64,000 nucleotides of DNA from assembly GCA_963695555.1 (NCBI GenBank), contig CAVOGR010000005.1:448001-512000 (forward strand), written 5' to 3'. The position numbers and the translations under genes are program-made. Below the pieces are notes generated by a model. It searched no databases, was not told the origin of the DNA, and saw only the letters and a program-made list of their open reading frames with translations. Source of the stretch: an uncultured Gemmatimonadales bacterium (lineage in GTDB: Bacteria; Gemmatimonadota; Gemmatimonadetes; Gemmatimonadales; GWC2-71-9). Shown here one piece after another: positions 9,936 to 21,559 of the stretch. Positions within the stretch are counted from its first letter, which is position 1. The number at the start of each line of letters is the position of its first letter.

Positions 9936-10676
9936 ATGACGCATGGAGCGTACCGAAGGTTGCGCACATCGCTCACAGCGGGCGCGCTGGCGGCGATTCT
10001 CGCCGGCGCTGCGCCGGCCGCCGAGCCATTGCGCGGAACGGCATATGTTCTCGACGGCGACACGCTGGAGCTTGGCCACCTGCGCATCCGCCTGCACGGC
10101 GTCGATGCACCCGAGCTCGACCAGACCTGCGGCACTGCCGACGGCGGCGACTGGCCTTGCGGCATCGCGGCCCGCGACCGGCTGGCGGCCCTCGTTGACG
10201 GCACCGAGATCGGCTGCCGTCCACGCGAGCGCGACGCCTTCGGCCGCGTGGTCGCCCGCTGTTTCGTGAACGGCGACGATCTCGGTGCGCGCCTCGTGGC
10301 CGAGGGTCTCGGCTGGGCCTACATCCGCTTCAGCCTCGCTTATGCCGAGGCGGAGGCCGGCGCGCGCGATGCCGGCCTCGGCATCTGGCAGGGCACCGCC
10401 GAAGCGGCCTGGCACTACCGCGCCGGTGGCTGGCGCCCCGCTGCCGGCCGCGCCGCCGTCACTCCCGCGCCCACCATTGTCGTCGATCCCGATGCCGCGC
10501 ACGACGGATGTGAAATCAAGGGCAACATCAACGCCCGCGGCGACCGCGTCTACCACCTGCCCGGTACGCGCTGGTACGCCCGCACCGTCATCGAACCCGC
10601 CAGCGGCGAGCGCTGGTTCTGCGACGCCGCGGACGCCGAGACCGCCGGCTGGCGGCCCGCCGCGGGGAGCCGCTGA
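9936..10676 (+). CDS. Thermonuclease (SNase) family secreted protein with C-terminal IKGNI domain (ExoI-like)
   Basis: DGDTL, RIRLHGVDAPE, DAFGRVVA, GLGIWQG; C-terminal CEIKGNINARGDRVYHLPG...GERWFC. Confidence 0.9.
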   Translation: MTHGAYRRLRTSLTAGALAAILAGAAPAAEPLRGTAYVLDGDTLELGHLRIRLHGVDAPELDQTCGTADGGDWPCGIAARDRLAALVDGTEIGCRPRERDAFGRVVARCFVNGDDLGARLVAEGLGWAYIRFSLAYAEAEAGARDAGLGIWQGTAEAAWHYRAGGWRPAAGRAAVTPAPTIVVDPDAAHDGCEIKGNINARGDRVYHLPGTRWYARTVIEPASGERWFCDAADAETAGWRPAAGSR

Positions 10677-10770
10677 CCGGCAGAATACCACGCTCGCGTG
10701 GTGAAGTGCCAAACTGAACCGAATGCCTCGGGTTCACCTGCTCACGTTAGCCCGTGGTGCGTGACTGTAT

Positions 10771-11760
10771 CTAGGCGCCTGCCGGGTCGGCGGATCCCCG
10801 CGGGCGGGACAGGCGGCGGATGCATCGGAAGCCGATGTGGCTCGTGCCGGTGTCCACCATCTGCGCGTGGCGTGCGGCGGGGCGATAGCGGCGGCAGTAG
10901 GAGGGCGCGCAGAGGAAGGAGCCCCCTTTGACCACGCGGCGCGGGATCGCGGTGCCGGGCTGGCTCGGGTCGTAGCTCGCCAACATCGTCGGACCGCGCG
11001 GGTTGTCGGCAGCACAGCAGGACGGCTTGTCGGGATTCGCCGGCGTGTGTTTCGCGGCGAACCAGTCGGTCGTCCATTCCCAGACGTTTCCGCAGACCTC
11101 ATAAAGGCCGTAGCCGTTGGGCGCATAGGACTTCACCGGGCAGGTGCCGGCATGGCCGTCCTCGGCGAGGTTCTGCCACGGAAAGGCGCCCTGCCAGGTA
11201 TTTGCCACGTGCCGGCCGCGCGGAACAAGCTCGTCGCCCCAGGCGAACTCGGCGCCCTCCAGCCCGCCGCGTGCGGCGAACTCCCATTCGGCCTCGGTAG
11301 GAAGCGCCTTGCCGGCCCAGGCGGCATAGGCTTCGGCATCCTCGTAGGCGACGTGGACCACGGGATGGTCCTTGCGGCCCTTGATCGAGCTGCCGGGGCC
11401 TTCGGGGTGGCGCCAGCACGCGCCGCTGACCCAGGACCACCACTGTCGGAAGTCCCTGGTGTCCACGGGACCAGCCGTCATGTGGAAGACGGTGCTGCCG
11501 GGCTGAAGCTCGTGGGGGGCGGCATTGGGATAGAGCGCGGGATCGAGGGGCCGCTCGGAAACGGTGACATGTCCGGTCGCGGCGACGAAAGCGGCGAACT
11601 GGCGGTTGGTCACCGGTGTCTCGTCCATCGCGAAGGGGGCGACCCGGACCCGGTGGGCGGGCGCCTCTTCGGGGTAGTGACGGTCCGAGCCCATGGTGAA
11701 GACGCCACCGGGGACGCGGCGCATATCCGAGTGCGCAGCCTGGCGGATCTGCCGGTTCAT
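10771..11760 (-). CDS. Formylglycine-generating enzyme (SUMF1) family protein
   Basis: FTMGSD, HPVVHV, LPTEAEWEFAARGG, NGYGLY..GNVWEW, KGGSFLCAPSYCRRYR, HIGFRC. Confidence 0.92.
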   Translation of the reverse strand: MNRQIRQAAHSDMRRVPGGVFTMGSDRHYPEEAPAHRVRVAPFAMDETPVTNRQFAAFVAATGHVTVSERPLDPALYPNAAPHELQPGSTVFHMTAGPVDTRDFRQWWSWVSGACWRHPEGPGSSIKGRKDHPVVHVAYEDAEAYAAWAGKALPTEAEWEFAARGGLEGAEFAWGDELVPRGRHVANTWQGAFPWQNLAEDGHAGTCPVKSYAPNGYGLYEVCGNVWEWTTDWFAAKHTPANPDKPSCCAADNPRGPTMLASYDPSQPGTAIPRRVVKGGSFLCAPSYCRRYRPAARHAQMVDTGTSHIGFRCIRRLSRPRGSADPAGA

Positions 11761-12179
11761 GCGGGCCCTCCCTGAGCCGGGCGCGCGGCGGCCGCGCGAT
11801 GGCCGAGTATGTGGCGCACCTCGACCGGAGGCAAGGTGCGCGCGGCGCGCCATGCACTCCTCGTTTGATCAGGCCTTGATTGATCATGGGGCGCGGGGAT
11901 TCCGGCATGCGAAATCCAGACAACTCATTGATGTTGCTTCAAGTTGTCCAGGACGTTCACAGCTGGAAACCATTGTTCGCGTTTGGACTCCCGGAGACCA
12001 GCATCTTGTCGCCCAGAGGGCAGCTCGGTACGCGTACCACAAGATATTGGGTAAGGAATCGCGCGCCCCACTGGCGCGCGAACGCCTCGATCAGCCGGCA
12101 TCCGTATCGGTCGAGTGCGATACCGGCTGAAGCGGCACATGCCAGGGAATCGAAACCTGCTGCTCTCCCCACCGCGCGG

Positions 12180-15100
12180 TCAGGGTTTGGCTCCGTTGTC
12201 GTCCCGCGGCGCGGCGGCCGACAAGGCCCTTCACACGCTCGCGGATGGTCTGGAAGACGACGTAGAGCGGCGGGAATGACGAAGATGCCCACCACGGCGG
12301 CGGCGAGCATGCCGCCCGCGACGGCGGTGCCCACGGCGCGGCGGGACAGTTCGGCGGCGCCCTCGGCGCGTCACCAGCGGGATCAGGCCGGCGATGAAGG
12401 CGAAGCTCGTCATCATCACCGCGCGGAAGCGGGCTGCGCGCCCGTCGATCGCGCGGCGTCGACGATCGACGCGCCCTCCTCGCGCCTCACCTTGGCGAAC
12501 TCCACGATCAGGATCGCGTTCTTGGCGGCCAGCGCGATGCAGCACGACGAGGCCGATCTGGGCGTAGATGTCGAACGGGAAGCCGGCGAGCCATGAGCGC
12601 GAGCGAACGCGCCCGCCGACCCCGAAGACCACCGAGAGCAGCACCGGGATCGGGATCGTCCAGCTCTCGTAGAGCGCCACGAGGAACAGGTAGGCGAAGA
12701 GCAGCGCGAGGCCGAGGATCAGCGGTGGTCTGGCCGCTCGCCTCCTTCTCCTGCAGCGCGGTGCCCGTCCATTCGAAGCCGATAGCCCGGCGGCAGGGTC
12801 GCGGCCGAGATCTCCTCCATCGCCAGCGAGCGCCGTGCCGGAGGCGACGCCCGGCGCCGGGTTCGCCGTTGGATCGTCACCGAGCGGAGGTTGTTGTAGC
12901 GCATGATCGACAGGGACCGACCTCGCAGTCGCGGCCTCGGCGACGGCGCCGATCGGCACCATCTCGCCGTGCGGCGATTGCGGACGTGGATGCGCGCGAT
13001 GTCCTCGACCGCGTCGCGGTCCGGCTCGGCGCCTGCATGCGTCACCCGCCAGGAGCGGCCGAAGAGGTTGAAGTCGTTGACGTAGACCGACCCGAGCGTC
13101 GCCTGCAGCGCGGCGAAGACGATCCGAGACGGGACGCCGAGCGCGCTGCAGCCGCTCGCGGTCGATGTCGAGGAAGATGCGCGGCGCGTTCGCCGAGTAG
13201 GTGGTGAAAACGCCCGGCGAGCCGCGGGTCCTGGTTCGCGGCCACGATCAGGCCCCGCGCGGCGGCTGCGGCAAGCTCGGCGGCCGGAGCGGCCCTGGCG
13301 GTCGAGCAGCTGATACTCGAAGCCCGAGCCGGTGCCGAGGCCGATGATCGGCGGCAGGTTGAAGGCGAAGACCTGCGCCTCGCGGATCGCCGCCCCGCGC
13401 CCGTTCGCCTGCGCGATGATCGCCGCGACACGTCGGCCCCGGGCGTCGTCCGCTCGGCGAAGGATCCTGCAGCGTGACGACCGAGAAGGCCGCGTTCGAC
13501 TTCGCGAGCCCGTCGAGGAAGCTGATAGCCGGATGATCGTGACGACGCTCTCGACCCCGGGCAGGCCGCGCCAGCATCGCCTCGACCTGGCCCTGCCACC
13601 GTGACGGTGCGGTTGACCGAGGCGACCCTCGGGCAGCCGGATCTCCACGAAGAAGGCTCCCTGGTCCTCGGCGGGCAGGAACCCGGTCGGCACGCGCCCG
13701 GCGAGCCAGCCGGTCAGCGCCGAAGGCGCCGACAAGCAGCAGCGACGCCGAGGAACGCGCGCCGCGCGATGGCGCCGGCGACCCGGGCGTAGCCGTCGCG
13801 CGCCCGTCGATCCCGCGCGAGATCCAGCCGAGCACGCCGCCGCGCGGGCCGTGATGCGGCTTGAGGATGATGGCGCAGAGCGCGGGGCTGAGCGTGAGCG
13901 CGTTGATCGCCGAGATCACCATCGAGACCGAGACGGCCACCGCGAACTGCTGGAAGAGTTGGCCCGAGATGCCCGGGATGAAGGCCACCGGCACGAAGAC
14001 CGACAGCAGCACCAGCGTGATGGCGACGATGGCGCCGGTGATCTCGCCCATGGCCTTGCGGTCGCCGCCTCGGCCGGCGTCATGCCGGGGTTCTCCTCCA
14101 TCACCCGCTCGACGTTCTCGACCACGACGATGGCGTCGTCGACGACGATGCCGATGGCGAGCACGAGCGCGAGCAGCGAGACGGTGTTGAGCGAGAAGCC
14201 GAGCGCCAGCATCACCGCGAAGGTGCCGATCAGCGCCACCGGGACCGCGATGATCGGGATCAGCGTGGCCCGGAGGCTGCCGAGGAAGACGAAGACGACG
14301 ATGCACGACGAGCACGAACGCCTCGATCAGCGTGTGCTCGCACCTCGTCGATGCTCTCCTCCACGAATTCGGTGGTGTCGTAGGTCATGCTTGTAGGCGA
14401 CGCCCTCGGGGAAGGCTCGCGCCACGCGCTCGAGCACCGACTGCACACCGTCGCGCCGCCGCCGATCGCGTTGGCGCCGGGCGCGAGGTAGAGGCCGATC
14501 ATGGCGCTCGGGCGCACCGTCGATCCGGGCGGTCGATGTCCGAGTTGCGCCGCCCCGAGCTCCACCGTCGCCGACGTCGCGGATGCCGCACGACGCTGCC
14601 GTCGGGGTCCGCGCGGACGACGATGTCGCCGAACTCCTCCGGCGTCGGTCGAGCCGGCCCTGGGTGGAGATGTTGAGCTGGAACAGCGGGTCCGCCGTCA
14701 TCGGCTGGCGCGCCGACCCGGCCGATGGCGGCCTGCACGTTCTGCGCCCGGATCGCGGCGATCACGTCGGCCGGCGTCAGCCCGAGCGCCGGTCAGCCGG
14801 TCGACGTCGAGCTAGACGCGCATGGCGAAGTCGCGCGGCCCGAACATCGCCGCGTCGCCGACGCCGGGCACCCGCTTCAGCTGGTCGAGGAGGTTGATGC
14901 GGGCGTAGTTCGACAGGAACAGCGCGTCGTGATCGCCGCTCCTCGGCAGTAGAGGCTGATCACCTGCAGCAGGGCGGAGGACTGCTTCTTGACGCTCACG
15001 CCGGTCTGCCGCACCTCCTCGCGGCAGCATGCGGCCGTCGCCAGCGCCACGCGGTTCTGCACGTTCACCGTGGCGATGTCGGGGTCGGTGCCGACCGCGA

Positions 15101-15384
15101 AGGAGACGGTGAGCGAGTAGCTGCCGTCCGCGCCGCTGGTCGACTTCATGTAGATCATGTCGTCGACGCCGATGACCTGGTCCTCGATCGGCTGGGCGAC
15201 GGTCTCTCCACCACCTCGGCGCCGGCGCCGGGGTAGGACGCGGTGACCGAGACCTGCGGCGGCACGATGTCGGGAAACTGCGCGACCGGCAGCCGGGTGA
15301 GCGCGATCGACCCCGCGATGGTGATGACGATCGAGATGACGCGCCGCGAGCCGCGGGCGGCGCGATGAAGACGTCGGAGATCAT
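12180..15384 (-). CDS. RND efflux permease (AcrB/HAE1 family); many frameshifts; 3' end approximate
   Basis: Fragments: [78 protein letters not shown]. Confidence 0.9.
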
Positions 15385-15388
15385 CGGC

Positions 15389-16557
15389 TCAGCCGTCCGA
15401 CGGCGCGAGGGCGGCGTCGACGACGATGCCGGGCCGGACCTTGTTCAGGCCCTCGACGATCACGTGCTCGCCCTCCGCGAGGCCCGCCGTCGATGACGGT
15501 GAGCCGTCGGACCGTCGACTCCGGTCGCGACCCGGCGGAGTTCGACGATGCTGTCCTCCCCGACGACGAGGACGAAGGCGCCCTGCATGTCGCGCTGCAC
15601 CGCCTGCTGCGGCACGGTCAGCTGCGGCTCGGGCGTCTGGGCCGTGAGCGTGACGCGCACCAGCGCGCCGTCGATCAGGCAGCGCTTCGGGATTGGGGAA
15701 GACGGCGCGGACCAGCACGGTGTCGGTGCCGCTGGGCCACGGTGACGCCGGAGAAGTCGATGTCGCCGGGATGGGGGTAGGTGGAGCCGTCGGCGAGAAC
15801 GAGCGTGACCGCGCCGATCGGGCTCGCTGTGCCGGCCGCGCGCCGCGCCTGGAATTCCAGCAGCGTCCGCTCGGGCACCGGGAACTCCACATACATCGGG
15901 TCGCGGCGCACCAGCGTGACGAAGGGCGGGCTTTCGGGCCCCACCAGCGCGCCCTCGTCGACAGAGGCGAGGCCGACGACGCCGCGAAAGGGCGCCACGA
16001 TCTCGTATAGGAAAGGTCGAGCGCTGCGCGGTCGAGCTGCGCCGAGAGACGGCTGCACCTCGGCGTCCGCTACGGCGAAATTCGCCTCGGCGATGTCGAG
16101 CACGGACTGGGCGACCGCCTCGCGGGCGACCAGCGTCGGCCTGGCGGTCGCGCTCGATCTCGGCCAGCCGACGTCCCGCCTCGGCTGCTGCCCGTGCGGC
16201 CTCGATCTCGGCGACGGCGGCGCGATAGGCGCCATCCTCGATGCGGAAGAGCACTGCCCCTTGCCCGACTTCACCGCCCTCGACGAACCCGCGCTCCTCG
16301 ATGAAACCGGAGACGCGGGCGCGGATGTCCACTTTCTGCACGGCGGCCGCGCGCCCGGTGAAGACGGCGCTCTCGCTCACCTCGGTCATCTCAGCAAGCG
16401 CCACGGTAACCGCCGGCGCCGGTGTGCCCTGCTGGGCGGCTGTCGGGGGCGCGGCGAGGATCGCGGCGAGAAGTACGGTCACCAGCAGTCCGGCCAGGAC
16501 CCGCCGCGCGGGTATCTCCCGGTCCGAGCGCACGATATCCACGACTGGCACCTCCAT
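15389..16557 (-). CDS. RND efflux periplasmic adaptor (membrane fusion protein); frameshifted
   Basis: VDIRARVSGFIE, EIVAPFRGVVG, DPMYVEFPV, GTDTVLVRAVFPNP, GLAEGEHVIVEG; directly upstream of the permease. Confidence 0.88.
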
Positions 16558-16696
16558 CCCGCCGGTACGGCTCTACTTGTGCCGGCCCTTCGCATCGAAC
16601 CCTGCGCGAACGATAGCGTCGCGGAGGACCGCGCGTCCACCGGCATCTGTCCGCTCCTTGGGGACGACGCCGATGCAATCCGGGAACGGGCCGCGC

Positions 16697-19312
16697 TCAG
16701 CGCCCAGCTGTTTGGCGCTCCCGGATGGTCTCGAGCGCTTCGCCCATTTCCCGGCGAATCCGCGCCAACTCGGCTTGACCCTCCCTTTCGTGGCGACGGG
16801 AGAGGCGCTGGTGCGGCTCGGCGAGCTGCGGTCCCGCCACCAGCGCCATCTGCCACATCAGGCGGCTACGCCGGAACTGGCGCGCCTTTTCCGCCGTCTT
16901 CGCCGCGAACACCCAGAGCCGGGCACTCCGCGGGGCGGAGAGGGCGTGGAGCTCAGCGACATCGACCGCCTCGGCCGAACGCCCGGCCGCCTTCAGCGCC
17001 GCACAGAGCGCAGCGAGCGGACCGATGCCGTTCGGCGCGAGCGCCACTGCCCGCCGCAGAAGCGCCATAGCCTCCTCCCGGTCGCCCCGCGTCCCGCGGG
17101 CGCGGGGACCTGCTGCTCGTTGCAACCGCAAGCGGGCGCAGAGCATCAGGCATCGCAGGTTCCGGGGATCGAGCGCCAGCGCCCGGTCGGCCAGGGCCAG
17201 AGCCGCGTCGTCGTCATCGACGGCGGCGAGGGCCGCCTGCTCGCGCAGGCGCACAGCCTCCCGCGCCGACGCAAGCGCGCTCTGCGTGCCGCGCTGACCG
17301 GCGCGGATCGTCTGCTGCAGGAGCCAGCGGCAGACCGCCTGTCGCCAGCCCTTTGCACCGGCCCTGTCGAGAACAGCCAGCGTGGCCGCCAGGCTGTCCT
17401 GCGCCAGGCGTTCCCAATCCGGCTCCGCCCCGGGGTCGCCGCCGGGGCCTGTGCCGTAGGGGGGGAACGGAACGCGCCGCGCGCCGCGCGCCCGCGCGTC
17501 CCGCAGCAATTCCAGCGGGCCCGTCGGATAGCGATGCAGCGTCACCACGTTTCGCCCGTAGCGGAAAACCGCCGTCTGCCGCAGCCAGCCGTTGAAGACC
17601 GTATCCTCGGACACTCGCAGCCCCGGGGGGAAGTAGCCTGTGCGCACCAGCGCAGGGCGCGCATAGGAGACCCCGTAGTGCGAAACCTCCGCGTCGGGCG
17701 TATCCCGCCGCCGCCGCCGGTGCATCAGCGCGTTTGCAGCCCTGGAGATGGGGTTGCGGGGTCGGTGCGGAATGACCGGGGAGGATACCGCCTCGGCCCC
17801 GGCACGGTGCAGCGCCAGCCGCTGCGCGACCCACCCCGGCCGGGCGATGCAGTCGGCCGCCAGAAAGGCCACGAACGGCGCGGTTGACGCATCCACCCCG
17901 ATATTGCGGATCGCCCCCACGAACAGCGGCTCGGCAACCTCGATCAGCCGGATCCGATCGAGATGGGGCGCCAGCAGCCGGCGCGGGCTGACACCCCCGG
18001 AATTGACGACCACGATCTCGGCCCCGGGCTCCTGTGCGCAGACCGATGCGACCGCGGCACGCAATGCGGCCGGCGCGCGAAAGGCCAGCACGACTACGGC
18101 AAGCTCCGCGCCGGTGTCGACGCGCGCGCCCTCTCGCAGGCGGGCGGGTCCCGCGGTCCAGCGCCGCCATAGTGCGCCGGGTCCCTTGAAGCGCGCCATG
18201 CTCGTCCGCAGCATCGCGGCCTGCTGGCGCGCGAGCAGACTGCCCGGGGCGCAGCGCAGCGCATCCTTTGCCGCTGCGCGCGCCTCCTCCAGCCTGCCCT
18301 GAGCCGCTAGCGCCCGGCTCATGAACAGATGCGCGGCTGAACTCTGCGGGTCGGCCGCCGCCGCCGCCTCGGCCGCCGCCAGCGCCGCAGCCGTCTGCCG
18401 CGCGTCCAGCGCCGCGCTAGCGGTCAGCAGCTGCAGGTCGCTGTCGCCGGGCGCCGCGTCGGCGAGGTCCCGCGCGACGCGGTATGCGCCGGCCGTGTCC
18501 CCAGCCGCGCGCTGGGCCGCGATCAGGTGCAGGCGGTTCGCGGGGCTGTCGGGCACCGGAGCGCGCGGCAGACCACCGGGCGCGGACCAGAGCCTGCCGT
18601 CGTCCCGGTGCGGGGGATGGTACTCCCGCCCAGCCGGGATCTCCTCCAGCACCGCGTCGCGCTCGTCGACGAGGTAGTCGTAGCCGATGGCCTGATGCGC
18701 GCGCTCCGGATCGGCTGCTGCATAGAGATCGCGCCGGCGTTGGCGCCGCTGGGGCGAGATCATGTTCAGATGATAGAGATTGATCCCGGTGCTGCGCCGG
18801 ACGACCCCGGAGTTGTCGGCGATCCAGCCGCCGTGCAGCGCCGCGGGGGAGGCATTCAACGCCGGCAGGCAGGGAAACAGCCGCATCGCCTTCTTGCGAC
18901 CCCACAGCCCGTCGACGCGATAGGCGTCCGGGGTGAACATCTCGCGCAGCTCGAACGACCAGCGCGTATTGGGGGGCGCCGCCGTGAGTTCGCCGATCCG
19001 CTCGGCCAGGGTGGCCTCGAACCGCTCGTCCGGGTCCACGGCGAGGATCCAGTCCGCGCCCATGTCGCGCGCGGCCGCCAGCAGCAGGTTGCGCCGGGTC
19101 GGCTCGTCGCTCAGCGCATCCTTTGCCCTGCGATCATCGAATGCCGCCCAGCCATGCACCACGCCCGAGAGGTTCTCTATCAGCGCAGGAACCAGATGCG
19201 CGTCGTAGCGGTAGGAAAAGACCCCGATAACACGGGCGCACGCGGCCGGTTGGATCCGGCTTGTGTGTGTCTCGAGACCTGGCATTGCGAAGCTGTGCCA
19301 CTCATTACTCAT
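16697..19312 (-). CDS. Multidomain glycosyltransferase: GT2-like, TPR, GT2, TPR (start uncertain, 19285 or 19312)
   Basis: ADWILAVDPDERF (DxD) in the first domain; VVVLAF...EIVVVNSG...RNIGV...FVAFLAADC in the second; Ala-rich helical repeats (ALAAQGRLEEA, ALALDPRN). Confidence 0.75.
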   Translation of the reverse strand: MSNEWHSFAMPGLETHTSRIQPAACARVIGVFSYRYDAHLVPALIENLSGVVHGWAAFDDRRAKDALSDEPTRRNLLLAAARDMGADWILAVDPDERFEATLAERIGELTAAPPNTRWSFELREMFTPDAYRVDGLWGRKKAMRLFPCLPALNASPAALHGGWIADNSGVVRRSTGINLYHLNMISPQRRQRRRDLYAAADPERAHQAIGYDYLVDERDAVLEEIPAGREYHPPHRDDGRLWSAPGGLPRAPVPDSPANRLHLIAAQRAAGDTAGAYRVARDLADAAPGDSDLQLLTASAALDARQTAAALAAAEAAAAADPQSSAAHLFMSRALAAQGRLEEARAAAKDALRCAPGSLLARQQAAMLRTSMARFKGPGALWRRWTAGPARLREGARVDTGAELAVVVLAFRAPAALRAAVASVCAQEPGAEIVVVNSGGVSPRRLLAPHLDRIRLIEVAEPLFVGAIRNIGVDASTAPFVAFLAADCIARPGWVAQRLALHRAGAEAVSSPVIPHRPRNPISRAANALMHRRRRRDTPDAEVSHYGVSYARPALVRTGYFPPGLRVSEDTVFNGWLRQTAVFRYGRNVVTLHRYPTGPLELLRDARARGARRVPFPPYGTGPGGDPGAEPDWERLAQDSLAATLAVLDRAGAKGWRQAVCRWLLQQTIRAGQRGTQSALASAREAVRLREQAALAAVDDDDAALALADRALALDPRNLRCLMLCARLRLQRAAGPRARGTRGDREEAMALLRRAVALAPNGIGPLAALCAALKAAGRSAEAVDVAELHALSAPRSARLWVFAAKTAEKARQFRRSRLMWQMALVAGPQLAEPHQRLSRRHEREGQAELARIRREMGEALETIRERQTAGR

Positions 19313-19595
19313 TTGCCGTGAGCATGGAAGCCGCCCGCGGGCCTTGTCAACTCTCAACCCGCGCGGCGCGCTCGCCGCCGTGGCCGTGACGTTCGCGGGC
19401 ATGCTGGTATTCCGCGGCCCGACGCTCTGGGTGTTCCAGAAGGGCGCATCAAGCGATCGGCGGAGCGCCCTGGTCTCGCGGGGCGTGGCGCTTGCAAAGG
19501 CGCAGACGGGTCCGCACAGTAGCAGCATCGAGCCCTGCCCGGATCGTCATGCGGACACGCCGTATCCTCCGTTCCCCGACCGCGACGTGCGCCGC

Positions 19596-20789
19596 ATGCA
19601 GCGGCTGAGCCAGTCGCCGCGGGAGGCGGGTTTCGTCCAGGACCCCTACCCGTTCTATGACCGCGCCCGGGCGGCGGGGCCGCTGTTCTTCTGGGAGGAC
19701 TACGGGTTTCCCTGCGCAGCCGGGTATGACGCGGTGAACGCCATCCTGCGCGACCGCCGCCTCGGGCGCGAACCGCCGGAGGAGATGAAGCCGGCGCGGC
19801 CCGCACATCTCGCCGCCTTCTACGCCGTGGACGACCTCTCGATGCTCGACCGCGAGCCGCCGGCGCATACGCGGCTGCGCGGTCTGGTGCTGCGCGCCTT
19901 CACCTCGCGGCGGATCGCGGCGCTGGAGCCGGAGATCGCGGCGGTGGCGACGGGGCTCGTCGATCGGATCGAGGGACCGGAGATCGACCTGATCCCGACT
20001 TTCGCCGAGTTGCTGCCGGTCATCGTGATCGCGCGCCTGCTCGGCGTGCCGGAGGACATGGCGGGGCAGCTTCTGCGCTGGTCGCACGAGATGGTGGCCA
20101 TGTACCAGGCGCGGCGCGATCGCGAGGTCGAGGAGCGGGCGAACCGCGCTGCCGGGGAATTCGCGGCCTTCCTGCGCACCCACGTCGAGGCGCGGCGGGC
20201 GCGGCCGGGGGACGATCTCATCAGCCAGCTGAACGCGGCGGAGGACGGCGGCGACCGACTGAGTTCGGACGAGCTGATCGCCACCTGCATCCTCTTGCTG
20301 AATGCCGGGCACGAGGCGACGGTGCATGTGATCGGCAACGGGCTCAATGCGTTCTTCGCCGCGGGCTGCGATCCCGGGGCAGTGTTCGGCGACCCGGGCC
20401 GGACGCGCGCGGCGGTGGAGGAGATGCTGCGCTTCGATCCTCCGCTGCATCTCTTCACCCGCATCGCGCGCGAGGACGTGGAGATCCTGGGCGTGCGGCT
20501 GCGGCGGGGCGAAGAGGTCGGCTGCCTGCTGGCCGCGGCCAACCGCGACCCGGCGCGCTTCGAGGACCCCGGCCGGTTCGACCCGGGCAGGGCGAATGCG
20601 GGGGCGCAACTGGCTTTCGGGGCGGGCATCCACTTCTGCGTCGGCGCGCCGCTCGCCCGGAGCGAGCTGGCGGTGGCGCTGCCCATTCTGTTCGAACGGC
20701 TGCCGGGGCTGCGGCCGACGGGACCTTCGATCTTTGCCGACCGCTACCATTTCCGCGGGCTGACGGCGCTGCCGATGTGCACCGTCTGA
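19596..20789 (+). CDS. Cytochrome P450
   Basis: AGHEAT I-helix, EEMLR (ExxR), heme signature FGAGIHFCVG. Confidence 0.95.
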   Translation: MQRLSQSPREAGFVQDPYPFYDRARAAGPLFFWEDYGFPCAAGYDAVNAILRDRRLGREPPEEMKPARPAHLAAFYAVDDLSMLDREPPAHTRLRGLVLRAFTSRRIAALEPEIAAVATGLVDRIEGPEIDLIPTFAELLPVIVIARLLGVPEDMAGQLLRWSHEMVAMYQARRDREVEERANRAAGEFAAFLRTHVEARRARPGDDLISQLNAAEDGGDRLSSDELIATCILLLNAGHEATVHVIGNGLNAFFAAGCDPGAVFGDPGRTRAAVEEMLRFDPPLHLFTRIAREDVEILGVRLRRGEEVGCLLAAANRDPARFEDPGRFDPGRANAGAQLAFGAGIHFCVGAPLARSELAVALPILFERLPGLRPTGPSIFADRYHFRGLTALPMCTV

Positions 20790-20868
20790 CGCTGATCGCG
20801 AATCGTCTCGCGCGGCGCAGGGTTCCGGCGTATCTGGATCGCGCTGATTCACAGCACAGGGGGTAACC

Positions 20869-21555
20869 GTGTTCAACAAGCTGTCCGCCGAGGCTTTCGG
20901 CACATTCTGGCTGGTGTTCGGAGGCTGCGGCAGCGCCGTGCTCGCCGCCGGCTTTCCGGAACTCGGCATCGGTTTCGCGGGGGTCGCACTTGCGTTCGGT
21001 TTGACCGTGCTGACCATGGCCTATGCCGTCGGCCCGATCTCGGGCGGGCATTTCAACCCGGCGGTCACGCTGGGCCTCGCCGTGGGCGGGCGCTTCGAGT
21101 GGAGCGAGGTTCTCCCCTACTGGATCGCCCAGGTCGTCGGCGGCACGATCGCTGCGCTGATCCTCTACATCATCGCCTCGGGGGCGCCGGAGTGGAGCGC
21201 GGGCGGCTTCGCCAGCAACGGCTATGGCGCGCTCTCGCCGGGCGGCTACAGCCTCATGTCGGCACTGCTGATCGAGATCGTGCTGACCGGGTTCTTCATC
21301 ATCGTTATCCTCGGGGCCACCAGGGCGACGGCGCCGGCGGGCTTCGCGCCGATCGCCATCGGCCTCTGCCTGACGCTGATTCACCTGATCTCGATCCCGG
21401 TGACGAATACCTCGGTCAACCCGGCGCGCTCGACGGCGGTGGCGTTCTTTGCCGAGACGGCGGCGCTGGGGCAGCTTTGGCTGTTCTGGGTGGCGCCGCT
21501 GATCGGTGCGGCACTGGGCGCGCTGATCTGGGCCGGTCTGCTCGGCCGCGACTGA
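20869..21555 (+). CDS. aqpZ: Aquaporin Z
   Basis: [10 protein letters not shown] and [12 protein letters not shown] motifs; [18 protein letters not shown]. Confidence 0.97.
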   Translation: MFNKLSAEAFGTFWLVFGGCGSAVLAAGFPELGIGFAGVALAFGLTVLTMAYAVGPISGGHFNPAVTLGLAVGGRFEWSEVLPYWIAQVVGGTIAALILYIIASGAPEWSAGGFASNGYGALSPGGYSLMSALLIEIVLTGFFIIVILGATRATAPAGFAPIAIGLCLTLIHLISIPVTNTSVNPARSTAVAFFAETAALGQLWLFWVAPLIGAALGALIWAGLLGRD

Positions 21556-21559
21556 GCGG

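Noticed and set aside
11865..11886. FNR box upstream of the FGE gene
   Set aside because: Only direct TTGAT repeats; no correctly spaced ATCAA half-site.
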